Made by a program: the position numbers and the translations under genes
Assembly (NCBI GenBank): GCA_965221445.1
Contig: CBDCSF010000004.1
Location: forward strand, 5,556 to 69,555
Reading direction: 5' to 3'
Origin: Paracoccaceae bacterium
GTDB taxonomy: Bacteria > Pseudomonadota > Alphaproteobacteria > Rhodobacterales > Rhodobacteraceae
DNA: 64,000 nucleotides
The notes under the pieces: model-generated
What the model saw: only the letters and a program-made list of their open reading frames with translations
What the model was told of the DNA's origin: nothing
Database searches by the model: none
In this document: positions 9,634-18,442 of the stretch, piece by piece
How positions within the stretch are numbered: the stretch's first letter is position 1
How the letters are laid out: every line of letters starts with the position of its first letter

Positions 9634-10155
9634 ATGACAAAATATCCTAGAAATAAACGCAAGTCAACCCTACGGCGAAAAAAAATTATCGTCCCGGTTT
9701 ACTCCAGCAGGAAAGAGGAAAGAAAGAACCCGCCGACACCGTTAAAATACAAGCAGGTAGTTTGGCAGGAGGATGGGGGAGAAAAATATTGTACCGTCCC
9801 GACCATCTTATTTGATTTTCTCCTGGCCGTTCCGAATACACAAAGTGCTAAAAAATGTAAAAGGAATGGGAATAACGAATCTGTTTTCGTACATATCCAT
9901 ACCGATGGGGGTGTTAGGTATACAGTCACTACCCCAGCCGTATTAACCTATCAGGACATGGATGTCCTAATGTATATTTGCGATGTCTATTTCTGCCAGA
10001 ATAGTGCAAAGTCCTACTATCGAACCCGTACCTATAATGCCAGGTATAATATGGAAGTAACATCCCACATTGCACGGGTGGCACCAGGTATGGTCAAGAC
10101 TTTCCTAAACCGGGAAATCAAGACTGATGACATCCGGTCAGCGTTAATACGGTGA
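9634..10155 (+). CDS. N-terminal part of a replication-initiator-like protein (appears split by a frameshift from the next ORF)
   Basis: 173-aa ORF with a basic N-terminus. It ends at TGA 10153-10155, while the +1 frame is open from 10148 and continues into the 10319 ORF. Confidence 0.4.
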   Translation: MTKYPRNKRKSTLRRKKIIVPVYSSRKEERKNPPTPLKYKQVVWQEDGGEKYCTVPTILFDFLLAVPNTQSAKKCKRNGNNESVFVHIHTDGGVRYTVTTPAVLTYQDMDVLMYICDVYFCQNSAKSYYRTRTYNARYNMEVTSHIARVAPGMVKTFLNREIKTDDIRSALIR

Positions 10156-10318
10156 AAATCAGTGGGAGTACGTCATTGACAACCAGTCCTTTGGTTCCTT
10201 TAAAGGGGCAGAATATACAGATAAAAACTCCACTCGCATTAAATACTTCCGTTTTCAAATCAGTCCCTGGCTGGAAAACATCCAGGTCGCAGGTGGTCTT
10301 GGAAAAAAGGCAGCTCTT

Positions 10319-11221
10319 TTGAATATGCCTGCGGAACTTATCAGGGGTAAAATCTCCCATTCCAAAATGAGAATTTGGGGAATTATAGAAAATCTGGGGT
10401 GGCGGGGCGGGGGTCAAGCCAAAATAACCCTGCCGCGCTTAATGCAAAAATTGGGATGGCAGGGGACCATCCACTCTCTTCGCAAGTTGCTGAAAGAGAT
10501 CATTGACACTTCAGAAGGCAACTTTTTTGGACACGAGTATGAGCTGGTTCGAACAGTGTCTTGCCCAGCCAATCACCGGCCGGACATGCTCCGGGTAAGG
10601 CGTTTAAAAAACCGTTACCAAAGCTCCACCAGAGTGTTTTTTTCCGAGCATTTAGAAAAAGGGGAAGAGTACTGGACACCACATCATAAAACAGTTGAGT
10701 CGTTGCAAGGGATATTCCATGGTATAGATCCCATGATGAATTCCAACTTCATGAAATTTGTTGAGTACAACATACGAAAACAACAGGGTCTCAAAAATCC
10801 AGACAGGGCATTTACAGGATTTATCGAAACTCTTTTACTCAATAACCAGGATGATCTTCCTGAGAAACTGGCCACCTACCTGGATAAAGCAAGGAAATGG
10901 TGGGATACCCTTTCCCATTCTCAAAAGGACCAAATGGCACAGGAGGCCAGGAAACGCCACTCCGAGTTGCTATTCAGCAAGAAAAACCAAACCATAAAAC
11001 AAAAGAAACGGAATTTATTTGTCCTGATTGCGATTGCCTATGCCTATCGTGACATATTAAAGACCAGACAACCAGGTCCAGTTCAGCACAGGGATTCCAT
11101 GCGAATCATGCTGGATGAACTTATTCTATTGCCCACAAGTATCTTACGTGTACAAAAGCGGAAGCAGGTAAAAGAAGGCGACGTGCAGGCCTTTGCCAAC
11201 GCCAGAGACGGTCCTGGCTGA
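10319..11221 (+). CDS. C-terminal part of the replication-initiator-like protein (frame open from 10148; first start codon is TTG 10319)
   Basis: The protein-like translation continues upstream of the TTG (YGENQWEYVIDNQSFGSFKGAEYTDKNSTRIKYFRFQISPWLENIQ...). It is followed by the iteron field. Confidence 0.45.
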   Translation: MNMPAELIRGKISHSKMRIWGIIENLGWRGGGQAKITLPRLMQKLGWQGTIHSLRKLLKEIIDTSEGNFFGHEYELVRTVSCPANHRPDMLRVRRLKNRYQSSTRVFFSEHLEKGEEYWTPHHKTVESLQGIFHGIDPMMNSNFMKFVEYNIRKQQGLKNPDRAFTGFIETLLLNNQDDLPEKLATYLDKARKWWDTLSHSQKDQMAQEARKRHSELLFSKKNQTIKQKKRNLFVLIAIAYAYRDILKTRQPGPVQHRDSMRIMLDELILLPTSILRVQKRKQVKEGDVQAFANARDGPG

Positions 11222-11700
11222 CCAGTAACCTCTGAACATCCCCATAACCGATAACCTGGTGGACAAGCGATTCTCTGCCGGGTTCGGGTGTGTCACATCA
11301 CTCCAAAACTAACTATAAAAGGTCAAACCGGGCATAAATATCGCCCCTTTTTTGGTCCTCAGGATATTATTTTCAACCCGTTTCCAAACCTCTGCCCGTT
11401 TGTATCACATATTGATGACAAACAAACCCATAAATATGTCTAAACCACCAAAGGTTACGCTTTGGGTTCATATGCCTTTTGAAAAGTAAATTTCACAGGT
11501 TTGAAAAATCCTTATCTGATTTAATGTCTTATTTTTTCTTATATAATGGGAGGTTAGGAAATTTTGCTGGAAAATGTAATCATTCTTTTATAGTAACTGA
11601 TTATTAAGGCTAACTCAATTCTCTTTCAGAGTTTTTGGGTTTTCTGATTTTTTCAATTTTTTGGGTTAACCAAAATTAGGATCCTTTTGGGTTGCCTCAC

Positions 11701-11743
11701 TGGGCGTTTGCACCCCAGACCCCGCCATTCTGTAAAATAAAAA
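11701..11743. repeat. Box 2, short copy (43 bp identical to 40632-40674)
   Basis: TGGGCGTTTGCACCCCAGACCCCGCCATTCTGTAAAATAAAAA. It is preceded by three TTTTGGGTT motifs at 11633, 11659 and 11685 (26-bp period). Confidence 0.8.
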
Positions 11744-11936
11744 CGTGCTGCTGGTTCGTTGAAAATTGAGATTTAAATATGGGAGATGATGAAATACCCC
11801 GTGATACTCAACTGGATTTCGTTTATGTGTGGTGAATCTTCCAAATGAGGTCTCGGGACCATTTGTTGCTTTGGCTAATCCAGTGGTGCTTAAAACGGTT
11901 CTATGGGAATAGAGGATTATCGTGTTTCTGGTGACT

Positions 11937-12554
11937 TTCGTCTATCCATAAAAAAGAAAAGATTCAATTCTGCAGGTTTTCAAAACTGATTCGTTGGTCA
12001 AATCAGCACCAAATTGATCAGATTGTGCTTGTTATTAGTCCTTGGTCAAAAAAAATACAACTGGAACTATCGTCTATCCATTGATTTACATTCGTCTATC
12101 CATAATCTTACAGACACACTGACAAACAGGTCTCTCGATTCACTTATCTGGTGAATTCCCGCAATGAATGATTCATGTTAGGACATTCATCTATCCATTA
12201 AGGGACATTTCCCTTTGCAAAAGGAGTCATTCGTCTATCCATAAAAGCAATAACGGGTTAAGGCATTTAAAAAGGCTGAGGAATCATTCGTCTATCCAAT
12301 ATGGTCCAGACTGCAATCCACTCTGTGAGTTTTGTCTATCCATTAAACGACATATGTCTATCCTGATAAACTCGGTATGCCCTGCCAGAAGGGATTTATA
12401 AGCGATTCCTTTACTAATAGGCTAAAGGCAAAAGTCTATTATCCACTGCCGGCATTGGCCTTGGCCGGAGACCAGGCATTGCCTTGTGTATGGAGGTCAG
12501 GAGATGAGTGTATTTTGTTCCCAATCAGGGTGAAGTGACATTCGTCTATCCATA
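11937..12554. repeat. Iteron field of a plasmid origin (oriV-1): 9 direct copies of cATTCGTCTATCCATA
   Basis: Copies start at 11937, 12069, 12091, 12186, 12230, 12287, 12331, 12353 (degenerate) and 12541, all in the same orientation. Several spacings are multiples of 22 bp. A DnaA-box-like TTATCCACT lies at 12439-12447. The 1.5-kb region is non-coding and AT-rich. Confidence 0.8.
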
Positions 12555-12751
12555 ATTTCGACTGTGGGTAAGTTGAACCATAAGGCAATTCCAGATCAGA
12601 AATGATAAATTGTACTTTTTTACTCGCAAAACTGCTGGTATCAATCTGTTGGGAAACACCAATTCAAAGCATCAAATGGTATTGATGTAACTGGTGGTTG
12701 CCTGTAGGATTGGGTACAGAAATATAAATTTTGAAAGATGATCGCACTCAT

Positions 12752-13807
12752 ATGACCCAGGTGACCGTTTCCGACTTTTTGACACGCTGGCCGAATCTGA
12801 AACGTGTAGGTCAGGAATGGCAGGGACCATGTCCCAACTGTGGCGGCCGGGACAGGTTTCATCTCAGGACAAGAGGTGATGGATTTGCTTTATTCGGGTG
12901 TCGGGGGTGTATTGATGAGAAATCCCGGGATCAGAGAAGGGACTCTTTCAGGAGAATAATGACCAGGCTTGAATTTGATAAAATGAAGTATGGGTTTCAG
13001 AATATTGATACCGGATCATCATTCAGGAAAAAATCTGTTTATCCGGATCATCAGGAGCAGGAGGCAATAACCCTGTCATGGTTGGCAACAATCTGGTTGA
13101 AGGGTATAGGGGTCGAAAGCTCACCGGCTGGACGTTATTTAAGTAATCGCAACTGTTTGCCTCCAGCGGCCTGTAAATATAATCGTACTCCAATGGATAT
13201 ACGTTGGTTGTCAGAACGGGATTTTGCAGAGCTGGAACGAACAAGACCAGCAACAGTTATCTGGACATGGCCACGTGCTGCCGGTTGTCTGATGTGTGCC
13301 CTCCGGACAGGTCATGGTCACTTGAAAGCCATTTCCTTTGAAGGCCTAACCGGACATGGCCAACTGCTCCGAAAAAGATGGCGCAAGACTCTGGGAAAAC
13401 GAAAGGGGTCATGGTTTCAACCCTGGAAGGGAAAGAGAGGAACCATCATAGCTGAAGGAGAATGCGACGCCCTGAGTCTTGGCTGGCAATATCCGGGTCA
13501 TACTGTCATTGGAGGTGGGGGAACGGGTCTTCTTAAAAATCGGGACCTGGCAGTCTGGCTGGGACACGGCAAAATGCCGAAACCCCATATCATCATAACG
13601 GATGGCGATGATGCAGCCCGAAAGGCCGGAAGGCAACTCTGGCAGACTCTCTATGAAATGGGCCTGTTTTCCAGGCTTGAATTCTGTCCCGAGGGAGAAG
13701 ATCCAGCCAGTAGCTGGGAACATATCATAGATAAGGCAAGAAATCGGACAGAATCAATGGTTGATGCCTGGCACAGTGTCTATCTGGAGGAACAAGGTAA
13801 TGCTTGA
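12752..13807 (+). CDS. Zinc-finger / Toprim primase-like protein
   Basis: CPNCGGRDRFHL...FGCRGC zinc ribbon. Toprim-like TIIAEGECDALSL and IIITDGDDAARKAG. ATG at 12752. Confidence 0.65.
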   Translation: MTQVTVSDFLTRWPNLKRVGQEWQGPCPNCGGRDRFHLRTRGDGFALFGCRGCIDEKSRDQRRDSFRRIMTRLEFDKMKYGFQNIDTGSSFRKKSVYPDHQEQEAITLSWLATIWLKGIGVESSPAGRYLSNRNCLPPAACKYNRTPMDIRWLSERDFAELERTRPATVIWTWPRAAGCLMCALRTGHGHLKAISFEGLTGHGQLLRKRWRKTLGKRKGSWFQPWKGKRGTIIAEGECDALSLGWQYPGHTVIGGGGTGLLKNRDLAVWLGHGKMPKPHIIITDGDDAARKAGRQLWQTLYEMGLFSRLEFCPEGEDPASSWEHIIDKARNRTESMVDAWHSVYLEEQGNA

Positions 13808-15152
13808 CCAGATCAACATGAACGGACAGCGAAATTGGCAGGAGTTTGATGAGAATAACCTGAAGGTTCTGCAGGAATACAGGGACAGGATCGGGAAAAT
13901 CAGATTTGAAGGCGATACCAGAAAAATGGATTTGATGACCCTTGATCTGATTGATATTACCCTTGATCTGGATGAAACCGGTGGTCATGATAACCCAAGT
14001 ACCCCAGGTGAAGCTGCTGTCAAGCGTTTTTTCGAACAGATTGTCAATCCCTATTTCCTGCATCCGGATCCAGGCATGGCCGAACTTCCAGTTGCAGATC
14101 TGGCCACCAGAATAAGGCAGGAAATGACCAGAATCAGCCGGGAGGACAAGGAGCTGTTGCAAACTGCCAGGTCCTCAAGATATGAAACTGTGGAAGCCTT
14201 TGTTCCCCAGCCCATTGGTGAAATACAACCCGAGATGCCAAAACCCATTCTTAACATATCCGGCTTTTCAGGGAGTGTTCTGGCCGAGGGGGCGGTTTCT
14301 ATCCTGACCGGGGAAGGGGGAGTTGCGAAAAGCATACTGGCCCTTGAGATTGCCACCATCCTGTCCCATTATGGTGGGGTAGAGGCTGGACTGTTGCAAG
14401 GCCTCCTTGAAAGCACCAGCCCGAATCGACCGGGCAATGTTCTCTACCTGACCTATGAGGATGACAAGGGAGTGATCAGCAAGCGATACAGGGATATCAT
14501 TTCCAGAGACTATTCACCACCCATCGCCCTGGCTAGCGAACGTCAGTTCTATGTCATGGAAATGGCAGGTCACCCGCTCTTTGGTCCGGCAGATGGTGGA
14601 ACCTTCAATAGGGTTCAAAAATTACAAGGGTGGGACATGTTAACCAGAGCCCTGGCAATAGCTGATGACTGGCGGTTGCTGATTATTGATCCTGCCCTTT
14701 CAGCCTTTGTCGGCAATGCCAATGATGCACCCCAGGTCAGGGAATTCATTACCCAACTGGGTCTGCTGGCCAGAAAACACCGCATGGGAATACTGGTTAT
14801 TGCTCACACCAACAAGGAAGCCAGACGCAATAACGGCACCACACACGACCTTTTCAGGGCAGGGCAGACTGGAGGGTCCACCCACTGGACCGATGCCGCA
14901 AGGGGCGCTCTTGGTTTTCACCTTGGAGTTCTTGATGATGAAAGACAACTGATTGTAACCAAGGCCAACTGGGGTCCATCACATATAGGGTGCCGGGTTA
15001 CCATCAAAAACCTGAAGGACAGGTTTGGAGGATTCACGGCCCACCCGTCAGGCTGGCAGAACGAAACAGCGTACCAGGCCGAGATAACATCATTGGTATT
15101 GCAGGCAAATGACAAACCGGATAATGACAAGAGGAGAAAGCAGATCAAATGA
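13800..15152 (+). CDS. RepA-like (AAA_25 / RecA-fold) replicative helicase-type ATPase
   Basis: Walker A ILTGEGGVAKSILALEIA and Walker B LLIIDPALSAFVGN. ATG 13800 overlaps the upstream stop (ATGCTTGA). The longer ORF-track start is 13761. Confidence 0.7.
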   Translation: MLDQINMNGQRNWQEFDENNLKVLQEYRDRIGKIRFEGDTRKMDLMTLDLIDITLDLDETGGHDNPSTPGEAAVKRFFEQIVNPYFLHPDPGMAELPVADLATRIRQEMTRISREDKELLQTARSSRYETVEAFVPQPIGEIQPEMPKPILNISGFSGSVLAEGAVSILTGEGGVAKSILALEIATILSHYGGVEAGLLQGLLESTSPNRPGNVLYLTYEDDKGVISKRYRDIISRDYSPPIALASERQFYVMEMAGHPLFGPADGGTFNRVQKLQGWDMLTRALAIADDWRLLIIDPALSAFVGNANDAPQVREFITQLGLLARKHRMGILVIAHTNKEARRNNGTTHDLFRAGQTGGSTHWTDAARGALGFHLGVLDDERQLIVTKANWGPSHIGCRVTIKNLKDRFGGFTAHPSGWQNETAYQAEITSLVLQANDKPDNDKRRKQIK

Positions 15153-16741
15153 CCCAAAACAACTTGGACTGGAGTGACCTCCTCTATAATGCTGCAGACA
15201 GCACAACAATCATACAGGCCTCAGGTCATCTGGTTTATCAGGAATTGTTCGGCAAGGATTGTCCCCAGTCGGAAATACCGAACAGCATTGTTCTTGGGGA
15301 CTGGTTGCAGGATATTATCAGGAGAGAAACCTACATCTGTCCAGTTCTGGCTGGTACACTAGACAGCCAGGCAGCCCACTGGTGCCTGCGGAAGAATGGT
15401 GAAATTGAGGAAATTGCCGCTCGTCGTACTCCGAGATCCAAACCAATGGGAATAACGGAAATTCACGCCAGATGGCGTACCAAATGGGACAACTGGGAAG
15501 AAGACGATATCAAGGATGCCGACGAGGATACTCCAGGTCATCCGGTCATGGCACTTCTGCGCAAATGGTATGACAGATCAAGGGGGCTGGATGAATCGAA
15601 ACTTTATGTCAGCAAGGACCATTTTGTGCAGGGTTTTACTCCCGTTACCTTCGTGGGGCAGGGAGTCTTTCGCCGTAAAAACGAAGTCAGTGTCAGTCTC
15701 AGGGACTCCCTGTTGCCCGTTGCCCGGGTTGACGGGGAAATCATGGCCACCAAGGATCCCTTTTCGCAAAAATGTTTCTATACTCCCATGCCGCCCGTGC
15801 ATCAGAAAAAGCCCTATCGCAATACCCTTTTTGACCTTGAAGAGGAGAGCAGGGTAGAGGTCAAGGCGTCAAATGTCATCCTGGGAACCCTGGCCAACCA
15901 GTCCCTGCAGGCACCAAAGAATGCCCACCTCCGAACGGATATTTACAAGATCGGGGCGTTTTGCTTCCTCTTTCCACATCGTGTGAACATAAGTTTCAGT
16001 GATGCCAAGCGGATCATCATGGGGCATAAAAGCCGAAAACAGCTTCAAAAGGAACGAGTCAACCAGGCCATCAATGTCCTGAAGGGAATACAGTTCCTGG
16101 TTCATCACCAAAATGTTCCCATTTCCGTCCCGCTCATCAGTTATGATGTTGATGTTACCGGAAAGGAACCGATCTATATTCTGGGACGGGGAGAAAGTTT
16201 TCGCAAGAAGGTGGCACCAGGCTATATGGCGCTGGCTCCCCAGTGGACACTTTCAGGTGTCTTCACCCGTAAAATGAATAGCAAGAGTGGAGGAATTGAA
16301 CGTCTGATCAACGGTCTTGAAATGGTCCTGGCCAACAGTCGCTTCAACCGCAAGGGACCCCGCAGACGATTCTCGGAATTTCTGGAACCGGCTGATCGCA
16401 AGGCAACCGGTCCGGGCAAGCCAATGATGCTGACCTGGGAGGAAATGATGTTTACCGCCGGAGAATTTGTCGGGGACAGTGATCTGGAACGGCGACGTGC
16501 CTACCAGAACTGGAACAAGTGGATGCTCAACCTGCAGAAGAATGGATATTTCTGCAAGGATGGCAGGGAAGCCGAAGCCTATGACACAATTGAAATTGTA
16601 AGTAGGATAAGGGCATCGAGATACCAGCAGGCTGGCGCCTGGATCAGAGCTTCGAGCCGGTTTACAGAAGCGGTACGCCTGCAACAGCAGGGCAAGATGG
16701 AAACCATGACAGCAACCGAGTTCCTGAATTCCACACTATAG
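15149..16741 (+). CDS. hypothetical 530-aa protein, third gene of the primase-helicase operon (possible iteron-binding initiator by position)
   Basis: ATGA overlap with the helicase stop. No motif recognised; the function is inferred from the IncQ-like gene order only. Confidence 0.5.
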   Translation: MTQNNLDWSDLLYNAADSTTIIQASGHLVYQELFGKDCPQSEIPNSIVLGDWLQDIIRRETYICPVLAGTLDSQAAHWCLRKNGEIEEIAARRTPRSKPMGITEIHARWRTKWDNWEEDDIKDADEDTPGHPVMALLRKWYDRSRGLDESKLYVSKDHFVQGFTPVTFVGQGVFRRKNEVSVSLRDSLLPVARVDGEIMATKDPFSQKCFYTPMPPVHQKKPYRNTLFDLEEESRVEVKASNVILGTLANQSLQAPKNAHLRTDIYKIGAFCFLFPHRVNISFSDAKRIIMGHKSRKQLQKERVNQAINVLKGIQFLVHHQNVPISVPLISYDVDVTGKEPIYILGRGESFRKKVAPGYMALAPQWTLSGVFTRKMNSKSGGIERLINGLEMVLANSRFNRKGPRRRFSEFLEPADRKATGPGKPMMLTWEEMMFTAGEFVGDSDLERRRAYQNWNKWMLNLQKNGYFCKDGREAEAYDTIEIVSRIRASRYQQAGAWIRASSRFTEAVRLQQQGKMETMTATEFLNSTL

Positions 16742-16827
16742 GCCTGGTGACAAAAACCATCGTTTTGCCCTGTAAATTCAAAACCCTTATATGTGAGGGT
16801 GTGACAAAATGTCCCCGTGGTAATGAT

Positions 16828-17061
16828 ATGAAAAGGAACAGATTCAGAGAGACGGAATTCAGGGAGTTTGTCTCTGATAGCAACGATAGGGTCAGCAATC
16901 CGTTTTTTGACGGAAGAGAAGACTTGTTGGACCAACTGTCCACCCTGAATACCAATACCTTTTCGAAGGCCCTAAGGAAAGACATAAATTCAGGGGAAGG
17001 GTCAATTACCCTGCTACAGGGACCACCAGGGATAGGCAAGACCTCCCTGCGTTTGTTTTAA
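16828..17061 (+). pseudogene. 5' fragment of an AAA/STAND-like ATPase, paralogous to the N-terminus of 45940-47559
   Basis: FFDGREDLLDQL...ITLLQGPPGIGKTSL aligns with FFTGREDILQAI...TQIIQGPPGVGKTSL. The ORF stops 3 codons after Walker A, and all three frames are closed downstream. Confidence 0.6.
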
Positions 17062-17105
17062 AATTCCCCTGCTGTAGGAATTCACTGTAAATAAAGGATA
17101 AAACG

Positions 17106-17858
17106 ATGGTAAAACTACTAGATGGCACTTGTGGGAAAGATGATATAGTAGCCATTCTTGATCAAATACAGGAAAATTGTCCAAATCCAAAGACGACTTC
17201 GAAAAAATTGTGGAAACTCCGTCAAAAAACGAAAATGGACGAGGAAAAATACTCCCCAGAAATATTACTTGAGAGATCGGTTGCTTTGCTGGCCAAAAAT
17301 AAGCATATGAATGATTGGTACAATCAATGTCCAATTGCCTCTGGTATATGTGGAAACAACAAACGCGTGTGTATAGATCTCGTCAGATGGGATCCAAAGA
17401 AACAGAGATTGTGTTTAACAGAATTGAAATGGGGCAGCGATAATCCCAAAAAGGCAGTGCAACAGATTCTCCGTTATGGAGCAATTTATCTTTATTGTCG
17501 ATGCCATAAGGACAAGCTTAATTTTGTTAACAATGAACTGATGTCAGCCACAAAAATAGTACTGCAGGTTGTTGCCCCAGCAAAATATTATACCGATCAT
17601 ACACAACGTGAAGAAGTATGTAATTGCTTAAAACAAGCAAGGGAAAGCATACATCTAATCAATAATGTACCAGAAATGAAGGGCCTTACAATTTCTTTGG
17701 ATGTACTATCCTTACCCGAATGGTTCCACCCATTACCTTTCAGAAATTACATGGAAGTTAAACAAGCTTGTGGCAAAGAATTGACAAAGGATGGAAGAAA
17801 TGTCATCAATGCTTTCAATGAATTAAGCCCTCATGACTTTGACACTTTGAGGTCTTGA
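17106..17858 (+). CDS. PD-(D/E)xK-like (RecB/Cas4-type) nuclease candidate
   Basis: 250 aa in a low-GC segment. Motif order: CIDLV ... LTELKW ... QQILRY (D, ExK, QxxxY). Confidence 0.4.
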   Translation: MVKLLDGTCGKDDIVAILDQIQENCPNPKTTSKKLWKLRQKTKMDEEKYSPEILLERSVALLAKNKHMNDWYNQCPIASGICGNNKRVCIDLVRWDPKKQRLCLTELKWGSDNPKKAVQQILRYGAIYLYCRCHKDKLNFVNNELMSATKIVLQVVAPAKYYTDHTQREEVCNCLKQARESIHLINNVPEMKGLTISLDVLSLPEWFHPLPFRNYMEVKQACGKELTKDGRNVINAFNELSPHDFDTLRS

Positions 17859-17993
17859 ACCCCTGTCCCATGTGGATTGACCATTTGACTAAGGCACTAC
17901 AACCCTCCTTTTTGGGTCTTTTCCACCGACCTCTTCATCTGCCATCCAGAGCTCAGTCTTCTTCCCTTGACCCCCTGGACCAAATTTCAACCG

Positions 17994-18436
17994 TTAGTGA
18001 CATGTGCCACTATTCATCTTCCACCAATTCATGTGTTCTGGTCGCCTTCTAGACACCCATCGCCCTGTAGATGGTTTCAGCCCCCGTGTGGTGGCCGAAG
18101 GCATGACATATCGCCGGCCAGTCTCGGTGTCCCGGATGATCAAACATTCCTGAGATTGGTGATCACTCCATGCAACCCGTCCCATCATCGCCCGTGGATT
18201 GCTGGACGTCTAGAGTTTCTTCAAAAGCTATTCAGTACTTCTCAAGCGGTCAGCTTCATCTTTCCTGGTACGGGCCGGACTGTAGGACACAACCAACCGG
18301 CGATCGTTATGTCGAAAGACACCAGATGACCGGGAAGATGAAGCAATTTGGCTCCCATGATATAATGATCACCTTCTTCTTCAATGGCTGTAAGATTGGC
18401 ATCGGTCATCAGTCCGGCGTCAGCCGCATGAACCGC
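17994..18436 (-). pseudogene. Remnant of a DDE transposase (IS4/IS1634-like C-terminal part), frame-shifted and lacking its 5' end
   Basis: Minus-strand translation gives VHAADAGLMTDANLTAIEEEGDHYIMGAKL, then in another frame RLVVSYSPARTRKDEADRL, with stops in between. The N-terminal part is replaced by the 3' end of the 18443 gene. Confidence 0.5.
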
Positions 18437-18442
18437 TTATAA

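Noticed and set aside
10145-10156. Programmed +1 ribosomal frameshift (prfB-like) joining the two rep ORFs at CGG-UGA
   Set aside because: The window for the shift is only about 8 nt. The P-site codon CGG cannot re-pair in the +1 frame (GGU), and there is no upstream SD-like stimulator at the right distance. A simple indel (mutation or assembly error) is more likely.
11937-12554. Possible CRISPR array
   Set aside because: The repeats are only about 14-16 bp, spacing is irregular (22 to 188 bp), no cas genes are present, and the context (rep genes, AT-rich DNA, DnaA-box-like site) fits plasmid iterons. ORF 12168-12401 inside the field is also rejected as coding.
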